DNA from: Azolla caroliniana | Lineage: Eukaryota > Plantae > Polypodiophyta | DNA length: 64,000 nucleotides | Direction of reading: 5' to 3' | Assembly (NCBI GenBank): GCA_043228905.1 | Contig: JBHGNT010000002.1 | Coordinates: 20,956,001-21,020,000 of the forward strand | Shown: piece after piece, positions 13,500 to 26,379 of the stretch | Layout: each line of letters starts with the position of its first letter | Numbering within the stretch: position 1 is the first letter of the stretch | Translations under genes and position numbers: made by a program | Notes under the pieces: generated by a model | What the model was told of the DNA's origin: nothing | The model's input: the letters and a program-made list of their open reading frames with translations, nothing else | The model's database searches: none

Positions 13500-13562
13500 G
13501 GAGGAGCAGCTCTGGAGGAGCAGCTCTGGAGGAGCAGCTCTGGAGGAGCAGCTCTGGAGGAG
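13500..13562 (+). repeat. 14-bp tandem repeat (GGAGGAGCAGCTCT x ~4) in gypsy gag
   Basis: Directly visible. The equivalent site in the 45750 copy is not expanded. Confidence 0.9.
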
Positions 13563-16500
13563 CTGACTCAGATGGTGAGGGACCTCCAGATTGTGCAAGC
13601 ACGGAGGGACGGCGGCGAACAAGTCCGCGACCGAAGGCCTCCGGCTGGGAACCGGTGCTTGTGCTGAGATGCGGTCAGCCACGCTCGAAAGAACTGCGGG
13701 GACTTCGCCGAAGCGATAAGAGCTAACGTGGTGTACCTATGGAATGGTCGGGTGCACGCTAGCAAGACCCGAAGGGCCCTGGATCTGAATATTGGACGAG
13801 GGGGTATGAAACGGTTGATGGAAGAAGCAGCGGCTTGCCACGCGGAGACCGTCCACTACTCGGCGTCGGCTGGAATCCGGGTCGGAAGTGACGAGGTCCG
13901 AAAGACGAAGGAAGCTGGATTCTAGCTGTTGGTGATGGAAGGCCTCGCCGGCGTATGGCAGAGGAAAGAGGAAGCGAACCGCGAAGAAAGATGGGTCCAG
14001 GAGGTAACCGGGTGAAGTGACCCGGTCAGAGAGAAGACGGGCTTCATGGAAGCCGCGTGCCAGAACTACGAGGTTCTGGTGGAAGACAAGCGTGCGGGAA
14101 AGACCGGGGGGCCGGACCCTCACAACGGTTTGAGACCCAGTTCGGGCTGAAGCAAAATGATGCCAGTGAGACCGACGCACCGGATAAAGCCAAGAGGGTC
14201 GGGTACCGGCTGAGCATGGAGATCGAGAGGACCACAGACCTGTGAAAGGTGCTTGAGGAACGTATCCTGGAAAACAAAGTGGAGTTGTCACTGATGGAAG
14301 TGCTCGGAATCTCCAAAAAGGAGTTCCTCGACTCCATCGTGGACTTGGTGAAGCAAAAAAGGCTTTCGACAGAGCCAGAGCTGGAGAAGTCGGTGGAAGT
14401 GCGAACGACATACCTAGAAAACATGGCTCTAGAAGACAAGTTGGCGGAGAGCCACTATTCAAGGCCACATTGGACCAGAGCAACCACGGAGACCCCCATT
14501 AAGATCGGAGATGTTCAGGAGCCGGTGGTGGCGTTGGTGGACCACGGTTCAGAAATCAACTTGATGTGCACGGACTTCTACAAGAAGGGGAAGTGGCCGA
14601 TCAACACCAAGCATGGGTGGAAAATACGGGCAGCAACGTGCGCCACGGAAGAGCTGCATGGAGCCTGCCCGAATGTACAAGTGAAAATTGGCGATGTCGA
14701 GATTGATCAACACTTCTTCGTGCAGGAGTCGTCTTCGCATCCGGTTATACTTGGGGAACCGTACATCACGGCGGTCCGGATGGAGACAAAGGTGCTAGAC
14801 AACGGTTCAGCATATGCACGATTGAAGAGCCAAGATGGGTGTCACTCGGTCTAGTTCCTGACGGTGCGACTGAATCATGAGCGTAATCGCGAGACCCTCG
14901 GTGGTGAAAACCGAGGGGATTTTTAGAGAGGGCTATCAAGGCATGGGGCCGCGATAGTCTGGACACCCCGGAAAAACCCCACAGATGTACTATAGGCAAA
15001 AAGACCTGTACCATAGGTAGGAAATTTTGGTTCTCCGATAGCGAAGGTTATACGATAGCCGGCGTAGTTGGCAGGGAAACGAAGCGGGCGGAGGAGTGAC
15101 TTCAGACATGCAGAGTCCTCGGCCCTGAAGAGGAAATCAACGGAGCCGTGGAGGCGGTCTCTTTCGACGACACCTTAGGGAAGTTACGGGAGGTGTTCAA
15201 AGAAGGCCTTAATGAGGACCGGACGATTCCGGTAAGTTCGGAAAAGATGTACGACGTCATCGCCAACTTCGGTAATGGATTCGAGTCGGATCGGAGGGCC
15301 CGAGTGGATACGAAGTACAAGACTATGGACGAGAAGGTGAGGCCAGTCGCGGCACCCTTGCGGAGGGCAGCGAGTTACGGATAAAGGGGGTCGCCTCGGA
15401 CCCAAGTTTAGGAGATCTGGCCAGCATAGGACACATGTTCACCGACATAACGCTATGGGAGCTCAAGATCGGTGGGGGTGGCTTTCTACTGTCAGCGGAA
15501 GAGGACCGGTTTCGAAGAATGCTCGGGAGGCACGGGAAGGCTTTCGCATTCTCACCGGAGGAGATCGGGTGCGTAGACCCGACGGTTGTGGAACCAATGG
15601 TAATCTTCACGGTACCACATGTGCCGTGGAATCTCAAACCGATTATGGTACCCAGAACTCACATCCCAAAGCTGATGGAGCTGTTGAAACAGAAGGTGGA
15701 GATGGGCATCCTTGAACCGTCGAGTGCCCCATACTCAAATCGGTGGTTTACCGTGCCAAAGAATAACGACACGCTGCGCTTTATTCAAGACCTACTCTCA
15801 GTCAACAAGGTGACCATTCGGAACGCAGGCATCAGACCGACCATAGACGAGTCCATAGAGGCCTTCGCCGGAAGGTCGATTTACTCAGTCGGTGATCTAT
15901 ACTCAGGGTACGATCAGTTCCAACTAGCCGTAGAAAGCAGGGACATTACGACGATGCGGACTCCTCTCAGCCTAGTGCGGATGTGTACCCTCTCGCAAGG
16001 AGGGACGAACTCGGTAGCCCACCTGGTGAACGCGATGAACAAAGTGTTGAGGGATTGTATCCCAAGCATCACCATGCCATTCTTAGATGACATCCTGATC
16101 AAATGATGCCTGGTGGAGTAAAAGGACGAGACAATCGGGACCAAAGAAGATCGAGGAAGGCGACTGGGTTCTAGTGATTGATAGTAGCCTCGACAACTAG
16201 CATAGGGCAATGCGGAAGTTTGCAAGAAGGTGGTTCGGGCCTTATGTGGTGACAAGTGCCAACGACAATAGGACCTACCATCTTGCGGAGCTCGACGGGA
16301 CAAGGATGGCGGTACCGGTGGCGGGAAAAAGGATCAAAGAATTTAAAAAGTGGCACGAGGCTGAACCGGACCCGGACGACCTGGATAGTGACAACGATCG
16401 GCTCGGAATGGCTGTTGATCCAGAAGACGAAGGATAAGCATGGGTCGGTCTACTCTAGCAAGAGTCCAATTTTGGCGCATATCGGTGGATGCGCGGTTAG

Positions 16501-17046
16501 GTGGGGCCGGATGTTGTGGAGAAAACCGTCCCTAGGCAGAAACCGGGTATAACGTGCGTAAACCAGCCCTTACACATGGCAACAAGTTTTGTTGTATAGC
16601 ACGTAGATAGGTACAAGTTGGCTGAGGTGGAATCCTAGGTAGCACACATTCACTAGGGAGAAAATCAAGGCGTATCCCTGTCTGAAAGGACAGGGAATAA
16701 ACATGATGTAACAGGTGGTAATGGCCTCCCTCCTTGGGCTATAAAAGAGAGAGAGAGGTATTGAAAAAGTATCGCGTTTTGTGGAGGACGAAGTGTTGCC
16801 GGACTGGAACCGAGCTCTTCTCCTCTATCTTCTCCATAGTCGTTCTGTGCAGGTTTTGGGAGGCTGACTCTGCTCCGCGGAACGCTTGAGTGCTTCCGGT
16901 AGAGTCTCCATCTCGCGTTCTGTGTGTGTGTGTGTTTGTGCAGGCGTCGGAGCCTGTCACTCGTCGACTGGCCGGTTGTAACTCCTCGATATACATATAC
17001 ATACATACATACATATATACATACATACATACATATATATATATAT

Positions 17047-17079
<33 letters not shown>

Positions 17080-18212
17080 CACATTCGTTCTGTCTCCATT
17101 GTTGAGGGCTAGTCGCAACTCCTGTGAATCAGTGTGTTTGTGCCCGTGCGAAGCACATCGGTAGTTTCCTTCCCCTCTTCTCATTATGTAATTTCTCGAT
17201 CCAAGGCCCCCGTGGTCCCACCTCGTTCTCCACGCACGTGTGTAACAACGCGACAGCGTGAAAGTACCGGGGATGTTCATCACGATGGAAGTGACCGTCA
17301 TGAGGAGTCGGATGGAGAATTTGACTTCGAACCGGCTGAAGAAGCCGAAGACGGAAGCAAGGGCCGTAAGCATAAGAAGGAGCCGAGGACAGCTGAAACA
17401 GGGGGAGATAAGGCCAAGACTAAGACGTGGTCAGATGTTGTCGGGGCCTGAAGATTGAGGACGAATTGGAGATAGCCAATTCAGACGAGAGTGAAATTGA
17501 ATTAGAAGAGTTCAATTCAATCGATATGTTCGATTTAGATACGCCGAATCACTTGAAGGCCATGCGGAGAAAAGGGCAGCGGAGGACGCGTCGACACCGC
17601 GACAACGAGGGAGCTGAGAAGGGCTAAATGAGCAGACAAGCCAACCAAAAGGCTTGAAGCATGTAGAATTAAACGGGTCGAGGAGCGCGAGCGAGGCGTG
17701 AAGCCAGAAGGAACCGGAGCGTAGATCTGGTGGAGCAAGTGGAACCTCAAGTTGAGCTTGCGGGGGAGTGTTGAGAGACAAGCTCAACATTCGGTGCGAA
17801 GTACGCAGCGTAACCCAATGCGTAGACTAGGTGCGTGAAAAAGTACGCACAACAGGGTGCATCGGTGTGAAAACCGAAGAGGCCGTTAGAGCATTATTCC
17901 TCGTAAAGGAATAATTTTGGGAGTTTGTGTAGTCGGCTCATTTATGAGCATTCAAGTACTATCAGTACTTGTGTCAGCCCGATTGTCAGGGCTTGTATAT
18001 GAGGTGCTCACTAAGCACGAAGTATCTATTGAACAGAGAATTATTTTGAATTTGATCTATAGTTTCTCTCTCTCTCTATCTCTCCCTCTCCCTCTCTATC
18101 TTTGTGTTTTCTGTGGTTCAGTTACTGAACTACTCTACGTTTACGCACATGCTTTTGCACAACTTTTACACCCTTCTCTTTGCGCGTGAATCGTCTCCTC
18201 GATTCCTTTCGC

Positions 18213-18829
18213 TGAAGCCATACCGTATATCCACGACGAGCAATGTATAATGTTTCTTGGGTAATGTGTCAAGCATATTACCCACATCACCATTATATAC
18301 ACTATAATACAATTGTTGGAAAGGATCACTCTTGTGCAAAAAGCTTTTGATGGTATTTGAGTCCTTAGGCACCTCGAGCTCCTTTCCTTCATATGTTTCT
18401 TGTATTTAGCTCATTCCAAACGGGTGATGAAGGCCCTAGGTATGCCTTCATTGCTGTCACTATTCTTCTTTGAACGAGGTGGTTTCTGTAATTATAAATT
18501 TGGTAAGAAGAAAGCCATTATCCAAAAATCAATTAATATTTGTAGAAAATACATACCCTTTCTCTAAACACGATAAAGAATTCTTCAAGAGCCTTGTAAG
18601 ATGATGTTTTTGGGCAAGATTGCTCCACTTCTTCCCACGTAGGCAGGGACAAGTTTTTCATCATCAACTCTTGAATCTTCATATACACCTTATGGATAAA
18701 AAACAAATGAAACTACAATTAAAAAAAAGGACAAATCAACAAAGCAATCAAATCAAAATGATGCATGTACATAGATGACTCACTTTTGAAACTTTGTGAC
18801 CATTTCGTCAAGGCTAAACTCCTTGGTGG
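18213..18829 (-). pseudogene. Downstream exons of the ParB-like/amino-methyltransferase gene, truncated just after catalytic motif IV
   Basis: Continues the 29555 frame across the TSD (..ILSRVAT|KEFSLDEMVTKFQ). Putative GT-AG introns at 18689-18783 and 18486-18556. The last segment, YSVYNGDVGNMLDTLPKKHYTLLVVDIRYGFS, resembles the beta-class MTase start IYxGDxxxxLxxLP..xxDLIxxDPPY. Confidence 0.65.
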
Positions 18830-20739
18830 TGTTGGCATAAAAGGCAGACTCCCTCCAGTTTGTATCCTAGTGTGAACTCATCTACATAGTTACGGCTTAG
18901 TATATAAGCAATAACCTAACGTTGTAAAGATGAATCTTCTTGAGTGTATATTGGATATCAAGTCTCTGAGTGAGAGAGAGAGAGAACGTAATAAAGCTTT
19001 CCATAAAAGCTCATTTGTATGGAAGTCTCTGCCTTCCTCCCTTTTTGTGTTGTTTTCCAAGTCAACAAACAGGTTCTCATATGCTTCCGCATACGCACAC
19101 ACCTACCAACTTTCCTCAACTGGTATTAGAGCGACCTTGCTCTTCAGCAATAGACAACAAAAGAAAAAGATGAGGTCAGTAAAAATCTCACTTCTCATAG
19201 AAGAATATGACTTCAACATCCGGAACAATAGTTGAAATCAGGAAGTTCGATGGCAAAAATTTTGCACTATCGAAGGAGATGATGCAGGATGTTCTAATCA
19301 TTAGAAGACAAGTGAAAACTATTCGACATAGCGAAAAACCTGCTTCGATGACAGCCGAAGAGTGGAAATCGATGGACGAAATTGCACACTTCATCATCTG
19401 AATGCATTAAGCCGAAAGCGTCTACTTCAGCATGGCAAAAGAGACGACGACGTTCTCACTGTGGGAAAAGTTACAAGCCGTGTACGAGAAGAAGTCCTCA
19501 TCTTCGAAACTAATTTTGATCAAACAAACTTTAACATAAAGATGAGAGAAACTGATCCGGATACCTCCCACATCAACACCTTCAGCTGGTTGTTGTCAGA
19601 ACTCTCCTCACAAGGAACCAACTTGAAAGAAAAAGTGAAAGCCCTTGCCCTCTTATCGAGCTTGTCGACGAGTTGGGAGGTATTCTGCACGACATACGAT
19701 AATAGTCGACCGATCCTAAATCTAGATGAGACGATCGGCCAAGTCCTCACCGAGGACATTTAGAGAAAATCGATGGGATTTACCATCCATGAATCGGTAG
19801 AAGCCCATCACTCGACCGAGTCGTTCGATCAACAGACTCGTACGAGAGAACAAGCTGACAGAACCAGTCAGAATACCAATGGATAAAAAATGAGGGGAGA
19901 TCGACAACGGTTGAAGTTGAGAACGGGCCGATCAGGCGAATTCTACACACTCTGCAAAAAAAGCTAGCCACAATGTTTCCGACTGCTGGTCAATTAAGAG
20001 AAAAGAGAGTGGTCGGCGATCCAAGCGGAATTGAGGACGACCCGACTCGGACCACTCTCCAGTCAGCAACCAAATCAACGTTGTTGACTCTCAATCAGGA
20101 GAAGTTCTCCCCTTAGAGGATTCAGTGATCGGAGAAGTCCTCTACAGTGCAAAAGATGTACACACGTGCCTACTAGATTCTGGTGCCTCATTCCATGTGA
20201 TACCCAACATTGAATGACTTTCGGACTATTCAACCGACGCTAGCGGCATAGTCCGTCTAGGCAACATGCAAGAGTGCAGAATTGTAGGGACTGGGGAGGT
20301 TCCCATCCGATTGCCAATTGGTAACACAATAACCCTACACCGAGTTCGGCATGTACCTGACCTAAAAAGGAATCTGGTCTCCTTCGGCATGCTAGCCGAA
20401 GACGGGTATAAAATGACTCTAAGTGAGTCGGTATGGATTATCAACCGAGGAAACCTGAAGATAGGAGGTAGACACAAGTACAACTACCTGTACTTGCTAA
20501 TGGAGATCAATCCAAAAGGGTCCGTGAATGTAACCGAAAAGACCGACCCAAACCTATGGCATGGCTTACTCGGCCATATGTCTCAAGCCGGACTTGATCG
20601 GCTAATGGTGGTTGGCTACATCTTGAAACTCCAAGCAAAGAAGAACTTATGTTAGCATTGTCGATATGGGAAATAGACCTGAAGTCCACACTCTCTCCAC
20701 TACGAGATGGTACGACAACCCCTAGAGCTTGTGCACACA

Positions 20740-23700
20740 TGTTGAGGGACAATCTCAACATTAGGTGCATAAAACCGTACGCAAAATATGGCCGTGGCGG
20801 TGTTTAAACCAAGAGGGCATTAGAGTGTTATTCCTCTTAAGGAATAAATTTCGGAGTAAGTGTAGGATACTCATTTATGAGAGGTCAAGTATTGTAAGTA
20901 CTTGTGTCAACCCAATAGTCAGGGCTTGTATAAAAGGTGCTCACTGAGCACGAAGTACGTACAGAGAACATAAAAAGAATTATTTTGAATATAGTTTTGT
21001 CTTTTCTACTCTCTTTGTCTCTCCCTCTCTTTCTCTGTGATTTCTGCGTTTTACCGAACTGGCGTACTACTGAACCATGTACTTTGTGTTCTTACGCATA
21101 CGCTTCTGCACACGTATTCTTTTACACGGTATCAGAGCGCGAGGGTTGACACTCCTTTGCAGCTGACAGAAAAAAGTTGGCAATAAGACAGAGTTAAGTT
21201 GTTGTTTTCGGAAAGGATAAGACAACAATATGGACAGAGGAATGGGAAGCTCGCTACTGACTGAGAAGCTCGATAGGAGCAACTACGCATCTTGGTCGTA
21301 CAAGATGCACCAAGACTTGCTTGGTCATGGCTACTGGAGTTACATCGAAGGAGCTAATGATATAGCGCCCAAATCGACACACAAAGATTTTTCGGCTTGG
21401 ATACAAGCAGCAAGCAAAGTTCTTTACTGCTTCGCATCCTGTGTGAGCGACCAACTCTTGAGCTACATTCGGCATGCTAAGAAACCAAAGGACACATGGG
21501 CGAATCTGAAGAGGATATTCGCCGCTAGCCCAACGGCCAGGAACCTTCAGCTCAAGCAGGAGCTAAGCAATGTCCGACATAAAGATCTATCTATGGCCAA
21601 TTACACGTGACTCTCTTGCCTCCACCAACGTGAACGGTGCAAGTGTGTTAGCGTCAAAGTTCAGAGCGTTCCAAATGGCGTTCAGCACTAGGGAGATTAC
21701 GCCTTCGTTCTTCAAGCTTCAGTTGACGTTGCTCATAGAGGAAACTCACGCGGGTGCATCTATGAGTACACACACCAATAGCAAGATGCTGTAAAGGGAC
21801 GAAGATAGGCCCCGTGGTCGTGGCGGACGAGGAAAATCGGCACGCAATGGAGGCAACCGAAAAGAGCAGAATGTGCGGCATAATCGAAATGCCGGAAGCA
21901 ATTCCGAATCCTCCAGAAGCAAGGGGAGTCATAGCGGTGCCGGAAGCTGACAAGAGAAGGCGGCTATAGAATGCTAGTACTGTGGCAAGAAAGGCCAGAG
22001 GGAGAGCGAGTGTTGGAAGAAGAGAGCCGATTCGGACGAAGCCGAATTGAGCGGAAGAGACGTAGGAAGGTGTTAGAAATCACACTACGCTGAGGGCTCT
22101 GAACGAGCCGGAAGTGGATCGGGCCCAACCTTCAAAATGATGCACAAGGCCAATTCGATGGCCGTGAACACCTTGATATCGAGCGAGGTGTGGTATGTTG
22201 TTTCCGGAACGTCAAATCATATGAAAAGTCATGAGGAATGGTTCTCGTACTGGTCGAACATGTCAGAGAAGTTCCGCATATCATCGAACATGTCGGAGAA
22301 GTTCCTCTCAGCCATGTCGGGCAGAAAGGGAAACTTATGAACGTGTTGCACATCCCGACAATAAAGAAGAACCTAGTGTCAGTCGGACATATCGTCGACC
22401 AGGGGTTGAAAGTTCGATTCACGCACCTCGGGTGCTACATCGAAGAGGGAGGCAAAGTTATTGCCCAAGGACGCCGTAAAGGGAGGATGTTTATCCTCGA
22501 CACCAATCAAGCCGGAACCGCGTTGTTCGAGAAAGGATAGAAGGTGGAGTTGGACATCGACCTCTAGCACAAGTGGTTCAGCCACGTTAACTTCCCACGG
22601 CTTCGTGAAATGTAGACGAAGACCATTGTTTTCGGCTTGCCAAAATTTTGGGGCTGTAATGCCATGTCTGCGAAGCCTACCAACTTGGGAAGCAACACCG
22701 ACTTCCATTCCCTAATGAGCGTAATTGTAGTTGAGATCCGCCGGATTTGATCCATTCGGATGTGTAGGGACAAGCACATAACGTGAGTCTCGGTGGAAGC
22801 CGTTACTTCGTAACCTACATCGATGACTTCACTCGGCATACCTGGGCGTTCTTGATTGCGAAAAAGAGTGAAGTCTTCGCGTGGCTCCTGAAGGTGAAGA
22901 ACCTTGCGGAAAGGGAAACAAGGCGTAAGTTCAAGTGCCTACGGTCCAATGGCGGGAAGGAGTACTTCTCCAACTAGTTCATGAGTTATCTACAGAAGCA
23001 GGGAATTTGACATGAATTGTCGTGAATATATATGCCGGAGTAGAATGGCGTAGCCAAGCGGAAGAATCGGACAATTGAAGAAGCCGCCAGGGCAATGCTT
23101 GAAGAGAAGCATATGCCGAAGTTTTACTGGGCTAAAGCCGTAAGGATGGCTATTTACTTGCAGAATCGGACCTCTGCTAATGGAGGAGTGTCGCGACATG
23201 AGTTGTATTACGTGCATGTGCCGAAGAAGAAACGGAGGAAACTAGATGCGAATGCTGAAAAGTGCATCTTAGATGGCTATTTAGACGAACAAAAAGGGTA
23301 TAAGTGCTATAACCCCGAACGAAGGAAGTTCGCGTAAGATGAGATGTCGTGTTCGACAAGTTCGCTTTGTGGTACTTGCCTTCACCTCCAACATCTCAAG
23401 ACTCCATTCCGAATTCTGAAGAAAAGGTCGACGAGGCTAAGCTGCCTCTACAAGATGAGGAAATCAGAGCTCTGACAGAGAGTCGGATCTCATTTCGGCT
23501 AAGTGGGCTGAATGAGGGGTTGAGCCGAGATGGCCAACCAAATGAAGAGCCGACGAGTAGTGGAGACTAGGCCATGTTGTCCCCGCATACAGAACCGAGG
23601 AGACGGTTTATGCATAAACAAAAAGGGAAGAAGAAAATGTCAGAGTATGATTTCGGCAGTGCCAAGTTAGATCGGAGCGAATCTGATTTCGGGTAAATCG

Positions 23701-26379
23701 AGAAGGAACCTCCACAGAAAAGGTCGAAATCGACCGGAAAGAACGTGAAATCGGGTAATTACGAATTATGTTGATCTAACCACCTGAAGAACCCCGTAAA
23801 GAAGTATGGGTATAATGAGCACATGGCGCATCATTAAGCGTACATGACGTGCGTGGTAGAAGTGCGTGAGCCGGAGAGCTACGCAGAAGCGGCGAAAGAT
23901 GCCAATTGGCGTGCCGCGATGGAGGAAAAGATGCACGCTTTAACAGACAATGAAACTTGGGACCTGGTTGACGTACCAAAAGGTGTAAAGCCGATTGGAT
24001 GTAGATGGGTGTATAAGGTGAAATACAACACCAATGGCTCCGTCAACCGATGTAAGGTCCATTTGGTTGCGAAAGGCTACGCGCAGAAGCACGACATAGA
24101 TTACGATGAGGCCTTTGCCCTAGTTCTACTAGTCGTAGCTGTTGCGAAGGGGTGGCATCTACATCAGATGGATGTAAAGAATGTGTTCTTGCAAGGTGAT
24201 CTTCAGGAACAGGTGTACATGATATAGATTCCTATCCGAACAGAACACTTCGGTAGTCTACCGATTGAAGAAGGCGTTATACGGCCTTAAGCAACCCCCG
24301 TGAGCTTGGAACGTGAAGATTACGCAATGATTACATAGAATGGGGTTTACAACGTACAAATCGGACTCCTCGTTGTTCGTTCGACAAGGTCGACATGGAC
24401 CAGTTTGTCTTTTACCTTATGTTGATGATTTAGTCATCGCCGGTGCCGGCCTGGAAGAAATTGGTTGTGTAAAGTCTCAGCTTCCGGCATTGTTCGAAAT
24501 GACAGATCTTGACGACCTTCATTTCTTCATCGAGATCAAACTGATCCATTCCCCCAAAGGCATATTGATCAGTCATCGTCATTACGCGCTGAATATGCTC
24601 TTCAAGTTCAGGATGGTAGATTGTAAGCCCATCTCGACCCTCTGGATAGAAATGTAAAGCTTCGCCGAGATTCGGGAAAGGCGTGCGACCTGACACGGTT
24701 CCGACAGATTGTCAGAAGCCTCATCTACTTGACGATCACTCGACTGGACCCTCAACTATCCGGTCCGAATGATCAGTCAATTTATGTCACAACCCACGAT
24801 CGAACACCTTCAGTGCGTGCAAAGTATATTACGGTATGTCTGCGGTACGTAAGACATGGCGTTGTTGTATCGTACAAGCGTAGCCGACCAATTAGTTGGC
24901 TACACGGATGCCGATTGGGCCGGACATGCCCACGATTGTATATCCACATCCGGATATGCCTTCTCATTGGGAACTGCGGCGATTGCGTGGAGCAGTAAGA
25001 ACCAGTTGATAGTAGCGTTGTCGAGCACAGAGGTCGAATGTCGAGGGGTGACTGTCGCTACGTGCGAAGTCATTTGGCTAAAACGGCTATTACAGGATCT
25101 GCATTTGGAGTTGTCCGATCCAACGATGATCTATTGCAACAACCTCAGTAGCATCCACCTTGCGAAGTGTTCCACGCCTAGACCAAGCACATTGAGGTGC
25201 ACTATCACTTTGTCCGGGAGTGTGTTGAGGTCGAACTGGCGTATGTTTCGTCGGGTCGGCAGATTGCCGACATATTCACCAAGCCCCTTGGTCTCGACAA
25301 GTTACGACATTTCTTAGGTGAGCTTGGTTTGCATCACCTCGACTCGCCGAACTTGAGGGGGAGATAGGAACAGGAGTCTGAAAGGAGCAGTACTGACCGC
25401 GATGCCGAATCATATGAAGAATTCGATTTCGGGCCGGCTTAAGAAGCCGAAGAAGAAAACAGGGGCCGCATGAGCAGACAAACCGACCAGAAAGCTCGAA
25501 GCGCGCGGAATGGAATGGGTCGAGGAGCTTGAGCAAGGCATAAAGCCAGGAAAGGTCAGAGCTAAGATCCTGAAAAGCGGATGGAACCTCAAGTTGAGCT
25601 TGAGAGGGAGTGTTGAGGGACAACCTCAACATTGGGTGCGTAAAACTGTACGCAAAATATGGTCGTGGCGGTGTTTAAACCAAGAGGCCATTAGAGTGTT
25701 ATTCCTCTTAAGGAATAAATTTTGAAGTGTAGGATGCTCATTTACGAGCGGTCAAGTATTGTAAGTACTTGTGTCAGCCCAATAGTCAGGGCTTGTATAA
25801 ATGGTCCTCACTGAGCACAAAGTATGTATAGAGAACATATAGAGAATTAATTTGAATATAGTTTTGTATTTTTGCTCTCTCTGTCCCTCCCTCTCTTTCT
25901 TTGTGATTTTTACGTTTTACCGAATTGTCGTACTACCGAACCGTGTACTCTGTGTTCATACGCATATGCTTCTGTTGTGAATATGTCCCTCTAGTGGGAG
26001 GATGATCCGACTGTTCGAAAAGCCGGCAGTCGAAGAGTTGGAAAATAGTGAGTCGATTGTTTGAGAACTCGATTATTATTATTATTATTGTAATAATAAT
26101 GATGATGTTAGGAAACAGGTCTCTCCGGATGGGGAGAGAGAGGACTGAGTTGATGAGGGACGAGGCCGAGGCTGAAACCGGAATTGTGTACATAGCCAAC
26201 TGGGGAGACTATATTTGTAAATAGTCTGAAAGTTGTGTAAGTATATATGCAACTAGGGCAAACTTTAGCGAGTAATGAACAGAGTGTAAGAACAGTGTAC
26301 ACAAGTTGTAGTTCGATTACTGTGATTAATTCCGCATCGATTTCTCAACAAACAGCTTCTGCGCATGTATTCTTTTACA
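20740..26379 (+). mobile_element. Ty1/copia element (family of 7278) nested in the integrase of the 18830 element; LTRs 20740-21126 and 25611-26379 (interrupted)
   Basis: TGTTGAGGGACAA LTR pair, PBS (C)GGTATCAGAGC, TSD ACACA/ACATA. Decayed gag-pol starts MDRGMGSSLLTEKLDRSNY. Confidence 0.93.
25973..26354. mobile_element. Solo LTR (382 bp) inside the 3' LTR of the 20740 element; TSD GCTTC
   Basis: TGTT...AACA ends, with GCTTC at 25968-25972 and 26355-26359. The host LTR resumes seamlessly when compared with its 5' LTR. Confidence 0.9.

Larger units (their letters stand above)
12014..17255 (+). mobile_element. Ty3/gypsy element with an internal pol deletion; LTRs 12014-12715 and 16512-17255; 4-bp TSD GCGT
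   Basis: TGT...ACA LTRs, PBS TGGTGAACCCGACGTGA at 12720, PPT GGTGGGGCCGGA. Contains gag, protease LVDHGSEINLM and RT up to FLDD, then jumps at ~16140 to the integrase C-terminus (WFGPYVV). Confidence 0.95.
7278..18170 (+). mobile_element. Full-length decayed Ty1/copia element; LTRs 7278-7677 and 17769-18170; contains the gypsy at 12014-17255 in its 3' region
   Basis: TGTTGAGAG...TTTTACA LTR pair, PBS TGGTATCAGAG (tRNA-iMet) at 7678, PPT GGGGGAG, TSD ACCTT/CCCTT (4 of 5). Domain order is gag, PR, INT, RT (YVDD), RNase H. Confidence 0.95.
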
